From Promethearchaeota archaeon (GTDB lineage: Archaea; Asgardarchaeota; Lokiarchaeia; Sigyniarchaeales; SOKP01), in NCBI GenBank assembly GCA_030599585.1, contig JAUVNS010000005.1, forward strand, positions 192,001-256,000: a stretch of 64,000 bases of DNA, given 5' to 3'. Positions 54,975 to 64,000 of the stretch are shown in pieces. Both the position numbers and the translations under genes were made by a program. The notes under the pieces are model-generated. The model was not told the DNA's origin. It saw only the letters and a list, made by a program, of their open reading frames with translations, and made no database searches. The first letter of the stretch is position 1. The number at the start of each line of letters is the position of its first letter.

Positions 54975-56405
54975 ATGAATAAAGAAGATATCTGCTTTAT
55001 GTCGGCTTATGAGATGCGAGAAAAAATCAAAACACAAGAACTATCTTCAATTGAAATTACTGAAACATTAATTGAACGAATAGAAAAAATCAACCCAATT
55101 ATAAATGCTTATTGTACTCCTACTTTTGATTCGGCAAGAGAATCTGCTGAAAAAGCAGATAACGCAGTTAAAAGAAACGAAGGAATTGGATTATTACATG
55201 GAATTCCAACTTCAATTAAAGATCTAATGCTAACTAAAGGAATCAAAACTACATTTGGCTCTAAGTTGTATGAAGATTTTATCCCTGAACAAGACGAAGT
55301 CGCTGTTCAAAGATTAATTTCGTCTGGTTGCGTCATGCTTGGTAAGACAAACACACCTGAATTTGGTTCTATCGCTCTTACAAATAACAAGCTTTTTGGA
55401 GAAACAAAAAATCCATGGGATATAGAACGAAATTCTGGAGGTTCTAGTGGAGGTGCTGCCTCGGCCGTTGCAAGTGGTATAGGCCCATTAGCTTTAGGAT
55501 CTGATGGTGGTGGATCAATAAGAGTCCCCAGTAGTTGTTGTGGTGTTTACGGTTTAAAACCAACTTTTGGACGTATTCCTAGTTATCCTCGCATTGGTAT
55601 CCATTTTATATCAATGGATCATTACGGTCCAATTGTACGCTATGTAAAGGACGCCGCTCTTATGCTAAATACTCTAAAAGGTCACCATCCAGGGGATTTT
55701 AATTCTTTTCCCGACGATGACATCGATTATGTTAAGGTGATTGATGATAAACCAAAAAAATTAAAAATCGGTTATTCAATGACTTTGGGTTTTTGGAAAG
55801 CACTAGACGAAGAAGTTAAAGAGAATGTACTTAATGGAGTTAAAAAGTTTGAACAATTTGATTGGGAGGTAGAAGAAGCAGAGTTAAAAATAAAAAATCC
55901 CGATTCTTCATTTAAAACATTGGTCAGTATTGGTTATGCCTACGATTTACAGAAAGATTATAACAATAGATTTGAAGACCTTAGCCCTGATTTAATTGGT
56001 TCAATAAGATTAGGTTTAGATAATACTGCAATGAATATCGGAAAGGCTAGAGAACGAAGAAAACTTGTTTACGAAATTATGTATCAATATTTTAAGAAAT
56101 ACGATGTGTTAATTACTCCGACATTGCCATGTCCTGCTATAAAACCTGGATGGTCAGAAACTGGAACAGTATTTCCCACAATTGGGAAAAAAGCGTTAAA
56201 TATTACAAGTTGGATGACATATACATACCCATTTAATATGACAGGCTTACCTGCTGCATCTATTCCATCTGGTTGGACTAAATCTGGTTTACCAATTGGA
56301 ATGCAAATTATTGGGAAGCGGTATGACGAAAAAACAGTGCTCCAAGTCTCTAAAGCCTTCGAAGAAGTCTCACCGTGGCAAGATAAACGCCCAATATTTA
56401 ACTAA
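54975..56405 (+). CDS. Amidase signature family enzyme
   Basis: IKD, GKTNTPEFG, GGSSGG..AVA, GSDGGGSIRVP, GLKPTFGR. Confidence 0.93.
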   Translation: MNKEDICFMSAYEMREKIKTQELSSIEITETLIERIEKINPIINAYCTPTFDSARESAEKADNAVKRNEGIGLLHGIPTSIKDLMLTKGIKTTFGSKLYEDFIPEQDEVAVQRLISSGCVMLGKTNTPEFGSIALTNNKLFGETKNPWDIERNSGGSSGGAASAVASGIGPLALGSDGGGSIRVPSSCCGVYGLKPTFGRIPSYPRIGIHFISMDHYGPIVRYVKDAALMLNTLKGHHPGDFNSFPDDDIDYVKVIDDKPKKLKIGYSMTLGFWKALDEEVKENVLNGVKKFEQFDWEVEEAELKIKNPDSSFKTLVSIGYAYDLQKDYNNRFEDLSPDLIGSIRLGLDNTAMNIGKARERRKLVYEIMYQYFKKYDVLITPTLPCPAIKPGWSETGTVFPTIGKKALNITSWMTYTYPFNMTGLPAASIPSGWTKSGLPIGMQIIGKRYDEKTVLQVSKAFEEVSPWQDKRPIFN

Positions 56406-56445
56406 TATCTTTTTTTTTTGTAAAATGAGATTTTTTATTTAAAAT

Positions 56446-57534
56446 TTAAAAAGATTTTATTTTCGAAGTTGTAATATAAGAAGAATCTCCAATTGTTATA
56501 TTTTTCTTTATGAGGTCCTCCAATATCGAGAAATCTCCAATGATGCTGTTAGACGAAATGATTCTTCTTAGGAATACTCCATCTCCGATTACAGATTCGG
56601 AGAGGATACATTTTTCGAGATGTAAATTATCTCCTATAGAAACATTAGGACCTATTACTGAATTTTTAATGCTCACATTTTTCCCTATGAAAACCGGAGG
56701 AACAATTTTAGAGTCTAATATATTTCCCATTTGGAATTTTGATTCAAATAAAGGATCATTTAATTTCGTTTCAGATAACAAGTATCGATTTCCTTCAAGT
56801 AATGTTTCTGGTCTTCCGAAATCCAATATTTCGCTCTGCATTATATTCCCCTTAAAAACAATCCCTTCCCTAATAAGTTGTTCTATTATTGGAGTAAAAA
56901 GATGCTCTTTCCCATTCTCGAGCTCAACCTTGCTTTGTTCATCTAAAAGCTCAAACAATCTATTCACTATTTTTTTTCCAAAAAGATAAGCTCCTGAAAC
57001 AGCATAATCAGAGATAAACTCTTGTGGTTTTTCCACTATCTTTTTTATTCTTTCATCGTCATCTACTACCGTAACTCCATAAAACTTAGGATTATCAACT
57101 TTTTTAATATTTATTACCCCGTCGCATTCTCCTTGGTGGTAGGTTAATAGAATTGAAGAATAGTCTTCCATTGGAAGCCTATCGCTAAGAAAAATGAAAA
57201 AATCGTCATTATTAACAAATTTTTTTGCTAATAAAATGGCATCTCCAAGACCGCTAAAAAATGGCGTATCTGCTAAATAGCCAAGTGGTTTCTGTTCGAT
57301 AAATTCAATGTTAAAGTAATCAGAAAAATGTTCGGTAATATATTCTGTTATTTGTCGTTTTTTATAGCCCACAATGAAGGCAATTTCCGTATTTTTTGGG
57401 AATGTTCTTTTTAGCTTAATTAATATATGGTCAATGAGCCTTTTTCCTGCAATTTTAAGGAATGCTTTAGGTTTTGAATATGTAAATGGTTGAAGTCTTT
57501 TTCCTACACCCGCGATTGGACAAACTAATTTCAA
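56446..57534 (-). CDS. Glucose-1-phosphate thymidylyltransferase-like nucleotidyltransferase with LbH tail
   Basis: AG.GKRL.P.T...PK, VEKP....SD.AV.G.Y, DFG....LLE.N, S.IGPNVSIG. Confidence 0.88.
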   Translation of the reverse strand: MKLVCPIAGVGKRLQPFTYSKPKAFLKIAGKRLIDHILIKLKRTFPKNTEIAFIVGYKKRQITEYITEHFSDYFNIEFIEQKPLGYLADTPFFSGLGDAILLAKKFVNNDDFFIFLSDRLPMEDYSSILLTYHQGECDGVINIKKVDNPKFYGVTVVDDDERIKKIVEKPQEFISDYAVSGAYLFGKKIVNRLFELLDEQSKVELENGKEHLFTPIIEQLIREGIVFKGNIMQSEILDFGRPETLLEGNRYLLSETKLNDPLFESKFQMGNILDSKIVPPVFIGKNVSIKNSVIGPNVSIGDNLHLEKCILSESVIGDGVFLRRIISSNSIIGDFSILEDLIKKNITIGDSSYITTSKIKSF

Positions 57535-57540
57535 ATATAA

Positions 57541-58071
57541 TCAACTCTCTAATATGTCTCTTAAGATATTGTAATATTCTGCGTCTTTTAATTTTTCTTT
57601 AATGATATTTTTTAGCTTTCGTAAATAATAATTATCTGAGTTAGTTCGCTTTAAACCTTTCAACTTTTTATTCAATGCAATCCGCGTCTTTTCATCTAAA
57701 AATTTGACTGGTATGGATTTATAGCTATTAATCAAGTTCTCTTCTCCATTAGTAAACCTTGCTCTATTCTGGAAATTTATGCTTATATCAACCATGGAGT
57801 ATAGGTTCTCTATCCAAGCTTGAACTCTTTCAACGTCTCCTTTTATATATGATCGATTATCTAACCAATCTTTAAACTCTAAAACTTTAGTTAAAAAATC
57901 CTTTCTACTTTCGTCATAACTACTAGTAATTTTGTCTTTTTTTACTAATTCGCGGATTTTTTGCTTGCTTAGATCATTTTTTTCTTCATTTGATAAACTG
58001 CTATAAATTTCATTTCTTCTTTTTTTGTTTTCTTTGGTTTCCTCATCATCCAACCACTTATCCATTGACAT
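57541..58071 (-). CDS. Hypothetical protein
   Basis: Charged helical ORF; ATG at 58071 (MSMDKWL). Confidence 0.7.
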   Translation of the reverse strand: MSMDKWLDDEETKENKKRRNEIYSSLSNEEKNDLSKQKIRELVKKDKITSSYDESRKDFLTKVLEFKDWLDNRSYIKGDVERVQAWIENLYSMVDISINFQNRARFTNGEENLINSYKSIPVKFLDEKTRIALNKKLKGLKRTNSDNYYLRKLKNIIKEKLKDAEYYNILRDILES

Positions 58072-58200
58072 AATCTTAATAAAAATAATAATTTCGTTCA
58101 ATCTTTTATATATCTATTAAATTATTAATATAAGGTAAATTTATCATTAAAATCTTAGAGAGATAGCTTAATATTCCTTCAAGTAATTTATTTATCTAGA

Positions 58201-58980
58201 ATGAATGTAAGAGGTATTATATTTGACTTTGGTTTTACACTATTTTCTTTTGAGAACCCCTCAGTTGAGAAATATTTTGATTGTTTCAATAGAGGAATGT
58301 CAAAATCTATTAAAGTCCTCAAACAAGAGAAAATAATAGAAGATAACGACCAAATTCTGGAAGATTTCATGACAATTTTCAACAAAAAGAGAGCTACATA
58401 TTTTAAATTAGCAATGAAAACAAAAGAAGAATTCCCAACTACTCTATTGTTTAAGACGGCATTAGCTATGTTAAAAGAAAAAGGATATGAAATTCAAGAA
58501 GAGAAAATAAAAGAAAAATTCTTAGAAAAACTTGCTGAGCTGTATCATTCCTGTGAAGAAGAAGAATGGAAACCCGATGATATGACGAGATTTACTTTAG
58601 AAACTTTATCAAAAATATCAAACTTAAAAATTGGGCTAATATCCAATCATCCTAATCATAAAACTATAAAAAATATGCTTAAAAATAACAAAATGAAGGA
58701 ATTTTTTGATGCTATTGTGACTTCTGCTAAATTTGGCAAAAGAAAGCCTATTTCAGACATATTTTTTCATACATTAAAAAGAATGGGATTAACGAAAAAC
58801 GACGCAGAATATTGTATAATGGTGGGTGATGAAGCTGCTGATATCATCGGCGCTAATAGGATAGGCATGCAAATTATCTTAAAAGAACGAGAGTATGAAT
58901 TTCCCTACGAAAAAGAAATTAATATACCTAATTTAATAAGAATCAAGTCAATAGACGAAGTTTTACAGTATTTAAATTAG
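58201..58980 (+). CDS. HAD-family hydrolase
   Basis: IFDFGFTL, ISN, RKP..IF, MVGD..ADIIGA. Confidence 0.9.
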   Translation: MNVRGIIFDFGFTLFSFENPSVEKYFDCFNRGMSKSIKVLKQEKIIEDNDQILEDFMTIFNKKRATYFKLAMKTKEEFPTTLLFKTALAMLKEKGYEIQEEKIKEKFLEKLAELYHSCEEEEWKPDDMTRFTLETLSKISNLKIGLISNHPNHKTIKNMLKNNKMKEFFDAIVTSAKFGKRKPISDIFFHTLKRMGLTKNDAEYCIMVGDEAADIIGANRIGMQIILKEREYEFPYEKEINIPNLIRIKSIDEVLQYLN

Positions 58981-58988
58981 AGTTGAAG

Positions 58989-59091
58989 TAGCCCAGAGGG
59001 GAAATGTTCCTTCTAAAAGAAGTTTTAAGAAGATTGAACCCCTGATCACTTGCTTCGCAGGCAAGCGTCTTATCCACTCGACTACTGGGCT
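58989..59091 (-). tRNA. tRNA-Arg(GCG) with a 30-nt intron (59004-59033) at position 58/59 in the T-loop
   Basis: AGCCCAG/CTGGGCT acceptor stem, CTTGC-CTGCGAA-GCAAG anticodon arm, AGGGG/CCCCT T-stem; removing the intron restores a 7-nt TTCAATT loop and a 73-nt tRNA; CCA not encoded. Confidence 0.92.
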
Positions 59092-59210
59092 AAATTTTCG
59101 TTAATAATTGTTACAATACTTTAAAGTTAAAATACTTTATTTCTCTATTAAATACTAGAGAGACGTATAATCGATTATTTCAAACGAAGAATGAATCTAA
59201 CTAATATTAG

Positions 59211-59507
59211 TTACCTAGGATAGTCAGGTCTACTAGAAACTAATGTTGTAGTTTCCTCGATCCAGCTAGATAAATCATCATCAACTCGAATATAAGCGAC
59301 GATTTTATCCAGTTCTTGAAGTTTAGTAAAATTACATTCTGCTACTAAATCCCATCCGCCATAAACAGGAGTTGTGTAAGTCACCGCCCAATCTTCATCT
59401 GGATTATTCGATCTTAAATTTGTTAACCTTTTTACAACTTCCCATTCAGTTCCAATTACTTTTAGTCTAATGAGTATGTATCCGCGATAGTAGATCTTAA
59501 ACACCAC
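59211..59507 (-). CDS. Stand-alone Lrp/AsnC ligand-binding (RAM) domain protein
   Basis: GYILI....G.E.EVV..L, VYGGWDLVA, LDKIV..IR....IEETTTL. Confidence 0.8.
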   Translation of the reverse strand: MVFKIYYRGYILIRLKVIGTEWEVVKRLTNLRSNNPDEDWAVTYTTPVYGGWDLVAECNFTKLQELDKIVAYIRVDDDLSSWIEETTTLVSSRPDYPR

Positions 59508-59657
59508 AATTTTATTTTTAATTACAAACGCTACAATGATTTTATGCTAATATTCACCTTAATAATGATATATTTTTTTTGATAAGGTTTATTATTAATA
59601 CTCAAATAGCTTATAATTTTATACATTCATATAATGATCTTCAAAGGGGTTTAAACA

Positions 59658-61436
59658 GTGGAAAATTCAGAAATAAAGCGATTGTTATGGATTTTTAGCC
59701 TTGAAAATTCAGTGAAATTTGGAGGCATACCAAATATAAAAGCCATACTTGGAAAACTTATAAGTCAAAACCATGAGCTCAGATCTAAAATACAAGAAAT
59801 AAAACATATTCTAGATGAGATCGTTTTAGAAATCTCTAAATTTACTCTTCAAGAACAAAAAGCGAAATTACTAGAGTTAAAACCCGATGCTTTAGAGAAA
59901 AAAGAATCGAAGAAAGAAAAGAAAACACTACCAGAACTACCTAACGCTCAAAATTATGATAAAATAGTGATGCGTTTAGCACCATACCCAAGTGGGGCTT
60001 TACATATTGGAAATGCACGAATGGTAGTCTTAAACAGCGAATATATCAAAAAATACAAAGGAGATCTAATACTTTTCTTTGATGACACGATTGGAAGCCC
60101 AAAATCATTAAGAAATACCCCTAAGGCTAAATATGTGCTCCCAGAAGCCTATGGGTTAATAGAGGATGGGTTAAAGTGGTTAGATATTCCTTATTCAAAA
60201 GTTTATTATAAAAGTAATCGGCTTGAAATTTATTACGAATACTGCGAAAAACTTATTCAGGATGATATGGCATATGTATGTTTTTGCACCGCCGCTGATT
60301 TTAAAAATAAGTATAAAGATCGTAAACTAGATTGTCCACATAGAAATCAAATCTTATCCTTTAACTTAAAAGAATGGGAGAATATGTTAAATGGGAAATA
60401 TCACGAAATGGAAGTTGTTGTAAGGTTGAAAACTGGGATGAAGTATAAGGATCCCGCAATAAGAGATCAAATTATAATGAGAATCTCCGAAGCTGAACAC
60501 CCACGAGTAGGTACTAAATATCTGGTTTGGCCGATGTTGGAGTTTTCTTGGGCAATTGATGATTATCTTATTGGTGTTTCTCACATACTTAGAGGATCTG
60601 ATTTAATTAAAGAGGATATAATAGAAGCTTTTATATGGAATCATTTCGGATGGAAAAAAGCAGAGTTTATTCATTATGGACGTTTGAATTTTTCGGGTTT
60701 GAGTAAAAACGAAGAAAATCTATTAAGCAAAACTAAAGCTCGAAACAATATAACAAATGGCACTTATAGAGGGTGGGATGATCCTCGTACCTGGAGCCTC
60801 CAATCGTTAAAACTGAGAGGGATTGAACCAAAAGCTTTAAAAGACTCTCTGTTAGATCTAGGATTATCTATTAATGCTATTAATTTTTCGGTAAACTGGT
60901 TATATTCAAAGAATAAAGATATCATTGACGAACATTCAAATAGATATTTCTTTGTAGAACAACCAGCGATTATTGAAATCAGCGATGTTCCATTTTCAAA
61001 CTTTGTAGCTGAGCCTATGGTTCAACCAACCGATCCACAAAAAGGAAGGAGAAAAATTAATGTTGATGTGGTAGATAATAAATTGTTGATTCTAATATCT
61101 CAAGCAGATCTGGTTAAACTCAATACCGATCAAATAATTCGCTTAAAAGATCTTATAAACATAAAAATAACTTCTATAAGGGTAAATGATAGTAAAATTC
61201 AAGCTCGTTTCCATAGCTCTGATTTAAATAGGGATTACAGTATAATACATTGGGTACCCAAAAAAGAAAATATAAAAGTTTCGGTCATAAAACCCGATGG
61301 AACAGTGTCTATGGGAAACGGAGAGAAAAGTCTTCAAAATGTACCTTTAAATAAGCCTATACAGTTCGAAAGATATGGATTTGTAAATCCTATTAAGTGG
61401 GAAAATCATACATTAGTTTGCTACTTTACACATTAA
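59658..61436 (+). CDS. gltX: Glutamate--tRNA ligase, archaeal type
   Basis: RLAPYPSGALHIGN, YVCFC, YLVWP..EF..AIDD, GWDDPR, IQFERYGF. Confidence 0.95.
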   Translation: MENSEIKRLLWIFSLENSVKFGGIPNIKAILGKLISQNHELRSKIQEIKHILDEIVLEISKFTLQEQKAKLLELKPDALEKKESKKEKKTLPELPNAQNYDKIVMRLAPYPSGALHIGNARMVVLNSEYIKKYKGDLILFFDDTIGSPKSLRNTPKAKYVLPEAYGLIEDGLKWLDIPYSKVYYKSNRLEIYYEYCEKLIQDDMAYVCFCTAADFKNKYKDRKLDCPHRNQILSFNLKEWENMLNGKYHEMEVVVRLKTGMKYKDPAIRDQIIMRISEAEHPRVGTKYLVWPMLEFSWAIDDYLIGVSHILRGSDLIKEDIIEAFIWNHFGWKKAEFIHYGRLNFSGLSKNEENLLSKTKARNNITNGTYRGWDDPRTWSLQSLKLRGIEPKALKDSLLDLGLSINAINFSVNWLYSKNKDIIDEHSNRYFFVEQPAIIEISDVPFSNFVAEPMVQPTDPQKGRRKINVDVVDNKLLILISQADLVKLNTDQIIRLKDLINIKITSIRVNDSKIQARFHSSDLNRDYSIIHWVPKKENIKVSVIKPDGTVSMGNGEKSLQNVPLNKPIQFERYGFVNPIKWENHTLVCYFTH

Positions 61437-61532
61437 AAAGACAATAACATTTTATAACGCGTTATCCTTTTAAGCCAGAAATAATAATAAAACTAAAACA
61501 AGTATTTGATGAAATCTTAATTTGTTGTAAGA

Positions 61533-62636
61533 ATGAATGAGAATAATAAAATAGACAATTCGAACGAAATCAAGCTAAGATGGTCGTTTTGTCCAATATG
61601 TGGGACTAAAATCCCTGAAGTGAATAATATTAAATTTTGCACCAAATGCGGTGTGGATTTAATCTACATCAACACCCATATGAGGATGCCCTCTCGTAAA
61701 AACATAATACCAATAACTTCTCAGAGTTCGACTACTTATAAACCTTACAATTTCAGACCTTCTAGGCCTCTAAGAAAGAAACTTTCACAAGAAGATCTCT
61801 TGAATCTAAAAGAAGAGAAGTTATGGAGTAGTTTCGCTTCTATTGGTATGACAGCAGCGGCTTTTCTCTTAATGAACTTCCTAATAATATTAGCAGTTAT
61901 CGTATTTGTATTTTTTTCATTTAACTTAGCTGCTATATATGATATCTTAACCAATCCATATTTCATTATCTTTAGTTCCCTTATCGAATTAATCTTGTTT
62001 ATTGTTCCAATGTTATATATTGGTAAGTTCCTAAAAAAACCAAATTTAAATAATAGATTATTCCTCTTAGGATTTACTCGTAGGGATTTTAGCAATAAAA
62101 GAATTATGAAAGAAATTTTTATAGGTATAGGTTTTGCGATTCTTGGAGTAATTTTAGTTTTAGGAGTGTCATTTTTAATGGAGGTTATATTAACTGTCAT
62201 TTTTGGATACGAACTAGTATATGATATTCTTGGGACTTCTGGTGAAGTAGATGTTCTCATTACATCTTCTGATATCTTCAGTATCATTTGGTTAGTCATT
62301 ATAATGATATTAATAATAGGAACATCAGAGGAAGTGCTTTTCAGAGGATTTTTACAAAAAGGACTCGTACGCAGTCTAGGTAAAAATTGGGGAATTTTAA
62401 TTACAGCATTAATATTTTCTTCAATTCACTTAATAGGAATATTCTTATTTCCAGAATCATTGACTATCTTCTTAGTATCATTGCTCCTTAACTTTTTTCC
62501 ATTTTTCGCGATTTCAATTTTGCTTGGATTACTATATCACTGGAGGAAAGAAAATTTAATTGCTGTTATGATAACCCACGGCGTTTATAATGCGTTAACG
62601 GTCATTATTGCATTTTTAGTATTCAGTTCACTTTAA
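61533..62636 (+). CDS. CPBP (Rce1/Abi-type) intramembrane glutamic protease with N-terminal double zinc ribbon
   Basis: CPICG...CTKCG; EEVLFRG, F...H and H..YN CPBP motifs. Confidence 0.88.
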   Translation: MNENNKIDNSNEIKLRWSFCPICGTKIPEVNNIKFCTKCGVDLIYINTHMRMPSRKNIIPITSQSSTTYKPYNFRPSRPLRKKLSQEDLLNLKEEKLWSSFASIGMTAAAFLLMNFLIILAVIVFVFFSFNLAAIYDILTNPYFIIFSSLIELILFIVPMLYIGKFLKKPNLNNRLFLLGFTRRDFSNKRIMKEIFIGIGFAILGVILVLGVSFLMEVILTVIFGYELVYDILGTSGEVDVLITSSDIFSIIWLVIIMILIIGTSEEVLFRGFLQKGLVRSLGKNWGILITALIFSSIHLIGIFLFPESLTIFLVSLLLNFFPFFAISILLGLLYHWRKENLIAVMITHGVYNALTVIIAFLVFSSL

Positions 62637-62651
62637 CAAAAACCAAAAATT

Positions 62652-63518
62652 TTGATGAGTATATTAGAAAAATTTGATCAAAGAACCAAAGGTATTGAAG
62701 CTAAAATAGGTATTGGATTAGGAGAATCAGAGCTTCATAATATTAAAATCTTAAAAGCTGCAATATCAACTTTAATACCAAAGCATAATTCATTTTTTTT
62801 CTTCGGAAACAGAAAATCAATAGACCAAATCGCTGATAATAAATTCTTTAGTAAAAATAAAGAAATTATTACTTTAGTTGATTCAGATGAACCTATTTCT
62901 GAAATTCTCAATTATCTTAAAAATAATCAAATTTCAAGCGTCGTGAGAGGAAACTTAGACTCAACCAAATTCTTACTAGGACTTCAGTCCATTCTAAATA
63001 TAATAGAAATTAATAGGTTAGCGCTGCTAGAAACTTTCAAGGGGTATCAGTTTTTTTTCGGACCCGTAGGTATAGACGAATGCATTGATTTCGATAGCAA
63101 AATTTTATTCGTTAATAAAGCAATCAATGAAATAAAAGCATTAAATTTAGAACCTAAAGTAAATATATTAAGTGGTGGAAGAATCGGAGATATAGGGAGA
63201 AATCCTAAAGTAGATAGTAGTATCGAAGAAGCTCAAAAAGTTGTAGACCATTTTAGAGAACAAAATTCGTCTTTAAAAATTGAACATTCAGAGATTTTAA
63301 TTGAAAATGCGATCGCTAAAAAAACTAATTTAATCATCGCTCCTGATGGGATTACAGGAAACTTAATGTATAGAACTTTGGTTCATTTAGGAGGAGGTAA
63401 AGCCTATGGTGCGATTTATATGGATATTGATCGCGCAATTGTCGATACTTCCCGAGTAGGCGATATCTCTGAAATCAGAGGGGCCATTATTTTAGCTCAA
63501 AGTCTAAGTTCTCGTTAA
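62652..63518 (+). CDS. MtxX / methanogenesis marker 4 family protein
   Basis: VRGNL, FFFGPVGIDE, LSGGR.GD.GR, EILIE.A, APDGITGNL.YRTL..LG.G..YGA, VDTSR. Confidence 0.85.
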   Translation: MMSILEKFDQRTKGIEAKIGIGLGESELHNIKILKAAISTLIPKHNSFFFFGNRKSIDQIADNKFFSKNKEIITLVDSDEPISEILNYLKNNQISSVVRGNLDSTKFLLGLQSILNIIEINRLALLETFKGYQFFFGPVGIDECIDFDSKILFVNKAINEIKALNLEPKVNILSGGRIGDIGRNPKVDSSIEEAQKVVDHFREQNSSLKIEHSEILIENAIAKKTNLIIAPDGITGNLMYRTLVHLGGGKAYGAIYMDIDRAIVDTSRVGDISEIRGAIILAQSLSSR

Positions 63519-63625
63519 AAATCTAATTCCACAAAGAAATTAGTGATTTAAATGTTGATTAAAATACAATTAGTTTGAGACGTGGTGAACCAGAACAGCT
63601 TCTTTTATAAAAAATAAAAAAAAAT

Positions 63626-63925
63626 TTAAGTTATTGCTCCAAGTAAGGTAGCTACAAGAATTATGATACCGCCAATTAATACTCCAAAGATGATGACACC
63701 TACTCCGAGAATTCCCAAAAAAACAGGAGCGTAATGGATTGGTCTGATACCTAGCAATATCACAAGAATGGCAAAGAGAAGAGCAACTGCACCTCCAATT
63801 GCGCCCCATCCCCATTCTACTAATGAAACCCCTGCTATTTTTAAAACTGCTTCTATTAAAACTATAATACCGCTCGCGATTGCCGTTATACGCATAACTA
63901 CATCGCTTTCTTGAATTTCACTCAT
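63626..63925 (-). CDS. Small hydrophobic membrane protein
   Basis: 99 aa, Gly-rich TM helices. Confidence 0.7.
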   Translation of the reverse strand: MSEIQESDVVMRITAIASGIIVLIEAVLKIAGVSLVEWGWGAIGGAVALLFAILVILLGIRPIHYAPVFLGILGVGVIIFGVLIGGIIILVATLLGAIT

Positions 63926-64000
63926 ATTAAGACACCATAATTTAAATGCTAATTAAATAAAGAATAGACAACTTCTCCTTAAATATTTATAGCCTATTCC

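Noticed and set aside
1223-62299. Numerous antisense or overlapping ORFs in the track (e.g. 1223-1501, 7151-7417, 12767-13093, 47618-48082, 56510-56989, 61745-62299)
   Set aside because: They are shadows on the opposite strand of well-supported genes and carry no motifs of their own.
63545-63605. Possible C/D-box sRNA (ATGTTGA, TTGA, GTGGTGA)
   Set aside because: Boxes are degenerate and no terminal CTGA D box is present.

Overview
AT-rich archaeal chromosome segment that reads as an Asgard archaeon, most likely Lokiarchaeia. This call rests on archaeal informational genes (thermosome, L40e, L38e, Pth2, TruD, archaeal AspRS/ThrRS/GluRS, RibK/RibL, Alba) sitting alongside eukaryote-signature-type proteins (Loki-type profilin, Rab-like GTPase, MPN/JAMM protein, two longin-like-domain proteins). 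The window is gene-dense housekeeping and metabolic DNA; I saw no CRISPR array, transposase or prophage. Highlights the ORF track misses or does not explain: (1) a ~475-nt, highly base-paired candidate non-coding RNA on the minus strand (19683-20157), with a candidate TATA/BRE promoter, an 11-bp closing stem and a U-tract, matching no RNA family I recognise; (2) a probable divergent BRO1-domain (ESCRT-III adaptor-like) protein; (3) a tRNA-Arg(GCG) with a bulge-helix-bulge intron in the T-loop; (4) several genes whose conserved N-termini lie upstream of any usable ATG/GTG/TTG, implying ATC/ATT/CTG initiation; (5) an SDR-SCP2-ALDH-SCP2 operon, possibly lipid-handling; (6) an unannotated 55-aa zinc-finger gene behind an Alba carrying an Asn/Arg-rich insertion. 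All family assignments come from manual motif recognition, not database searches.
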